This document shows, one piece after another, positions 61,692-64,000 of a stretch of 64,000 nt of DNA. This DNA comes from Felis catus (lineage: Eukaryota). Position numbers and translations under genes: made by a program. The notes beneath the pieces were generated by a model. That model saw nothing but the letters and a program-made list of their open reading frames with translations. It was not told the DNA's origin and ran no database searches. The DNA lies in the NCBI RefSeq assembly GCF_018350175.1, contig NC_058368.1, positions 232,812,001 through 232,876,000 of the forward strand, written 5' to 3'. Position 1 is the first letter of the stretch; each line of letters begins with the position of its first letter.

Positions 61692-62403
61692 GTTTTTTTT
61701 TATTTTTCTTTTTTAAATTTAAAAAAAAATATTTTTTTTCATTTAAATCCAAGTTAGCTAACATATAGTGTAATAATGACTTAAGAAATAGAATTTAGTG
61801 ATTCATCACTTACGTATAACACCCAGTTTTCATCCCAACAAGTGCTTTCCTTAATGCCCATCCCTCATCTAGCCCATCCCCCCCACCCACCTGCCCTCTA
61901 ACAACCCTCAGTTTGTTCTATGTATTTAAGAGCCTCCCACGGTTTGTCCCTCTCCCTGTTTTTATATTATTGTTGCTTCCCTTACCTTATGTTCATCTGT
62001 TTTGTCTCTTAAAGTCTTCATAGGAGCGGTCATATGATTTTTGTCTTTCTCTGACTAATTTCACTTAGCCTAATACCCTCTAGTTCCATCCATGCTGAAA
62101 ATGGCAAGATTTCATTCTTTTGATCACCAAGTAATATTCCATTGCATATATAAACCATATCTTCTTTATCCATTCACCAGTCGATGGACATCTGGGCTCT
62201 CTCCATAATTTGGCTATTGTTGATAGTGCTGCTATAAACATGGGGAAGCATGTGCCCCTTTGAAACAGCACACCTGTATCCTTTGGATAAACACCTAGTA
62301 GTGTCATTGTTGGTGGGTAGGATAGTTCTATTTTCAATTTTTTGATGAACCTTCAAACTATTTTCCATGGTGGCTGCACCAGTTTGCGTTCCGACCGGCA
62401 GTG
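61692..62403 (-). mobile_element. 5'-truncated carnivore L1 (ORF2 C-terminus and 3' UTR)
   Basis: Minus [47 protein letters not shown]-rich tail at the left end. Confidence 0.93.
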
Positions 62404-62861
62404 AAGCTTGCTTCAAAATAAAAATTTTTATTGTGTTTACACTGGTTGATTTAGCTGGTGCCCAAGTTCTTTCCCATGCGGATGGGCTAATTCGCTTTCC
62501 CCCTTGGGTGTAGAAATTGGCATTTCATCCAGACACAGTATGGTAGATAGTACTGGTCCATGAAGGGGGGTGTGGACATATAACCTTAATAAAGATGTGT
62601 GACCATAGATCATAAGAGCCATAAAGAAGCTTAACATTTAAACTGACTTTGGGAATTTTTCCTAAGAAAATGACTCAATTGAATCAAATGACCCTTTGCA
62701 TGAAAGTACATATTATTTCGTCTATGGCATGAAATAAGTGAAGATACCTACAGTATCCAGAAGGGTGGAAATGTTTAGCAAATTATGTAACCAAATGTAA
62801 TGATGGGACACATGAAGAGAAAGATGGAGTTTTTGCATAAACATTTGAAATGTGTGTGTGG

Positions 62862-63054
62862 TTTTTTTTAATGTTTATTTAGTTTTGAGAGAGAGAGTAC
62901 AAGCAGGGGAGGGGGAGAGAGAGAGGGACTGAGTATCTGAAGTGGGGTCTGTGCTGACGGCAGAGAGCCTGATGCAGGGCTTGAACTCACGAACCATGAG
63001 ATCATGACCTGAGCCGAAGTCGGATGCTTAACCGACGGAGCCACCCAGGTGCCC
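62862..63054 (-). mobile_element. CanSINE
   Basis: Ends gagccacccaggtgccc. Confidence 0.95.
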
Positions 63055-63084
63055 AAATAAATAAAGTTTAAAAAATTTTTTTAA

Positions 63085-63245
63085 ATAAATAAAACTTTCT
63101 GCTCTGTGAGAGACACTGTCAATAAAATGAAAAGATAAGACACACATCAAGAGACACTATTTGCAGAAGACACGTCTGATAACAGACTGTTGCTCACAAT
63201 ATACAAAGAACTCTTAACAATAAGAAAACACACAGCTTGATAAAA
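63085..63245 (+). mobile_element. Short old L1 ORF2 fragment
   Basis: aaaactttctgctctgtgagagacactgtcaataaaatgaaaaga...tatttgca..tctgataa..atacaaagaactctta. Confidence 0.75.
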
Positions 63246-63404
63246 GTGAGTTGGTGTTTAATCACCGCGACTGCATTAATTCCTGTAGTGATGCACATCT
63301 ACCTGTGGGACAGCTATGTTCTGACCTCTGCACATCTGCAATATCACCCGAGGCATTTTCTAGGTGGGCAATATTCTCATCTGTGTTGCATCGTGCTGTT
63401 TTTC

Positions 63405-63548
63405 TGGGGGTGTTTGTTGTTTTTGTTTTTAAGCAGGGTCCATGCCCAGCACAGAGCCCAGAGCAAGGCCTGAACTCATGACCCTGAGATAGACCTGAAC
63501 TGACACCAAGAGTTGGACGCTTAATAAACTGAGCCACCCAGGAACCCC
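63405..63548 (-). mobile_element. CanSINE (older, short type)
   Basis: aagcagggtccatgcccagcacagagccca...gactgagccacccagg-like end. Confidence 0.85.
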
Positions 63549-63754
63549 TGAATCATGCGTTTTTTTAACTTGTTTCCCTTGTGCTGGTTTAACTAATGTG
63601 TCTTTTGTGTATCACGTTTATTCTTAGAACGCCCAAACACGGATTCAATACATGTTAGTTTTGTCATACAGCCCAAAGGCCGTATTTTCCAAAAAATCTG
63701 GGCCTTTGTAAATGAAAGGTACAGTCAGCATCTTCAGCATTATTTTATAATGAC

Positions 63755-63880
63755 TGTGTTTTCTCACCAAGGGCACTGTTGACATTTGGGTCAGGCAATG
63801 CTCAGCTCTGGAGGCTGTGTTGTGTTTGCAAAACGTTTAGCAACAACCCTGGGATCCACCCATGAATTACCAGCCGTGTA
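63755..63880. mobile_element. hAT-Charlie MITE (MER20-like)
   Basis: ttctca..ggcactgttgacatttggg..ggctgt..tgtgtttgca..gtttagcaacaaccctgg. Confidence 0.65.
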
Positions 63881-64000
63881 GAACTAACCCAATAAAAGTC
63901 AGTTTGCACTTAGAGAATCTAATAGTTAAGAGGACCATAAAATTCCCAAGGATGCAGTGAAAAATTGTTGTTGTTGTTTTTTAAATTTAAACATTTATTT

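Overview
Mammalian genomic DNA, almost certainly felid, judged from the dense tRNA-derived CanSINE/SINEC_Fc copies and a young feline-type L1. The window is repeat-rich and intron- or intergenic-like. It holds about 30 CanSINEs, many L1 pieces of different ages, MaLR/ERVL/ERV1 solo LTRs, hAT and Tigger MITEs, and microsatellites. The only recognisable host protein-coding sequence is one 205-nt exon (20456-20660, + strand) matching the sema-domain exon of SEMA5A. It has an intact acceptor, but AT replaces GT at the donor, and I could not find the neighbouring SEMA5A exons in the window, so it looks like an orphan or pseudo-exon copy. Other notable items are retrotransposition by-products (two candidate L1 3' transductions, a candidate tiny mRNA retro-fragment whose target site was reused by a SINE, and a head-to-head L1 arrangement) and a near-perfect RFX X-box. 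Repeat family names come from recalled consensus sequences, not a database search, and boundaries of old repeats are approximate. Most ORFs in the supplied track are spurious.
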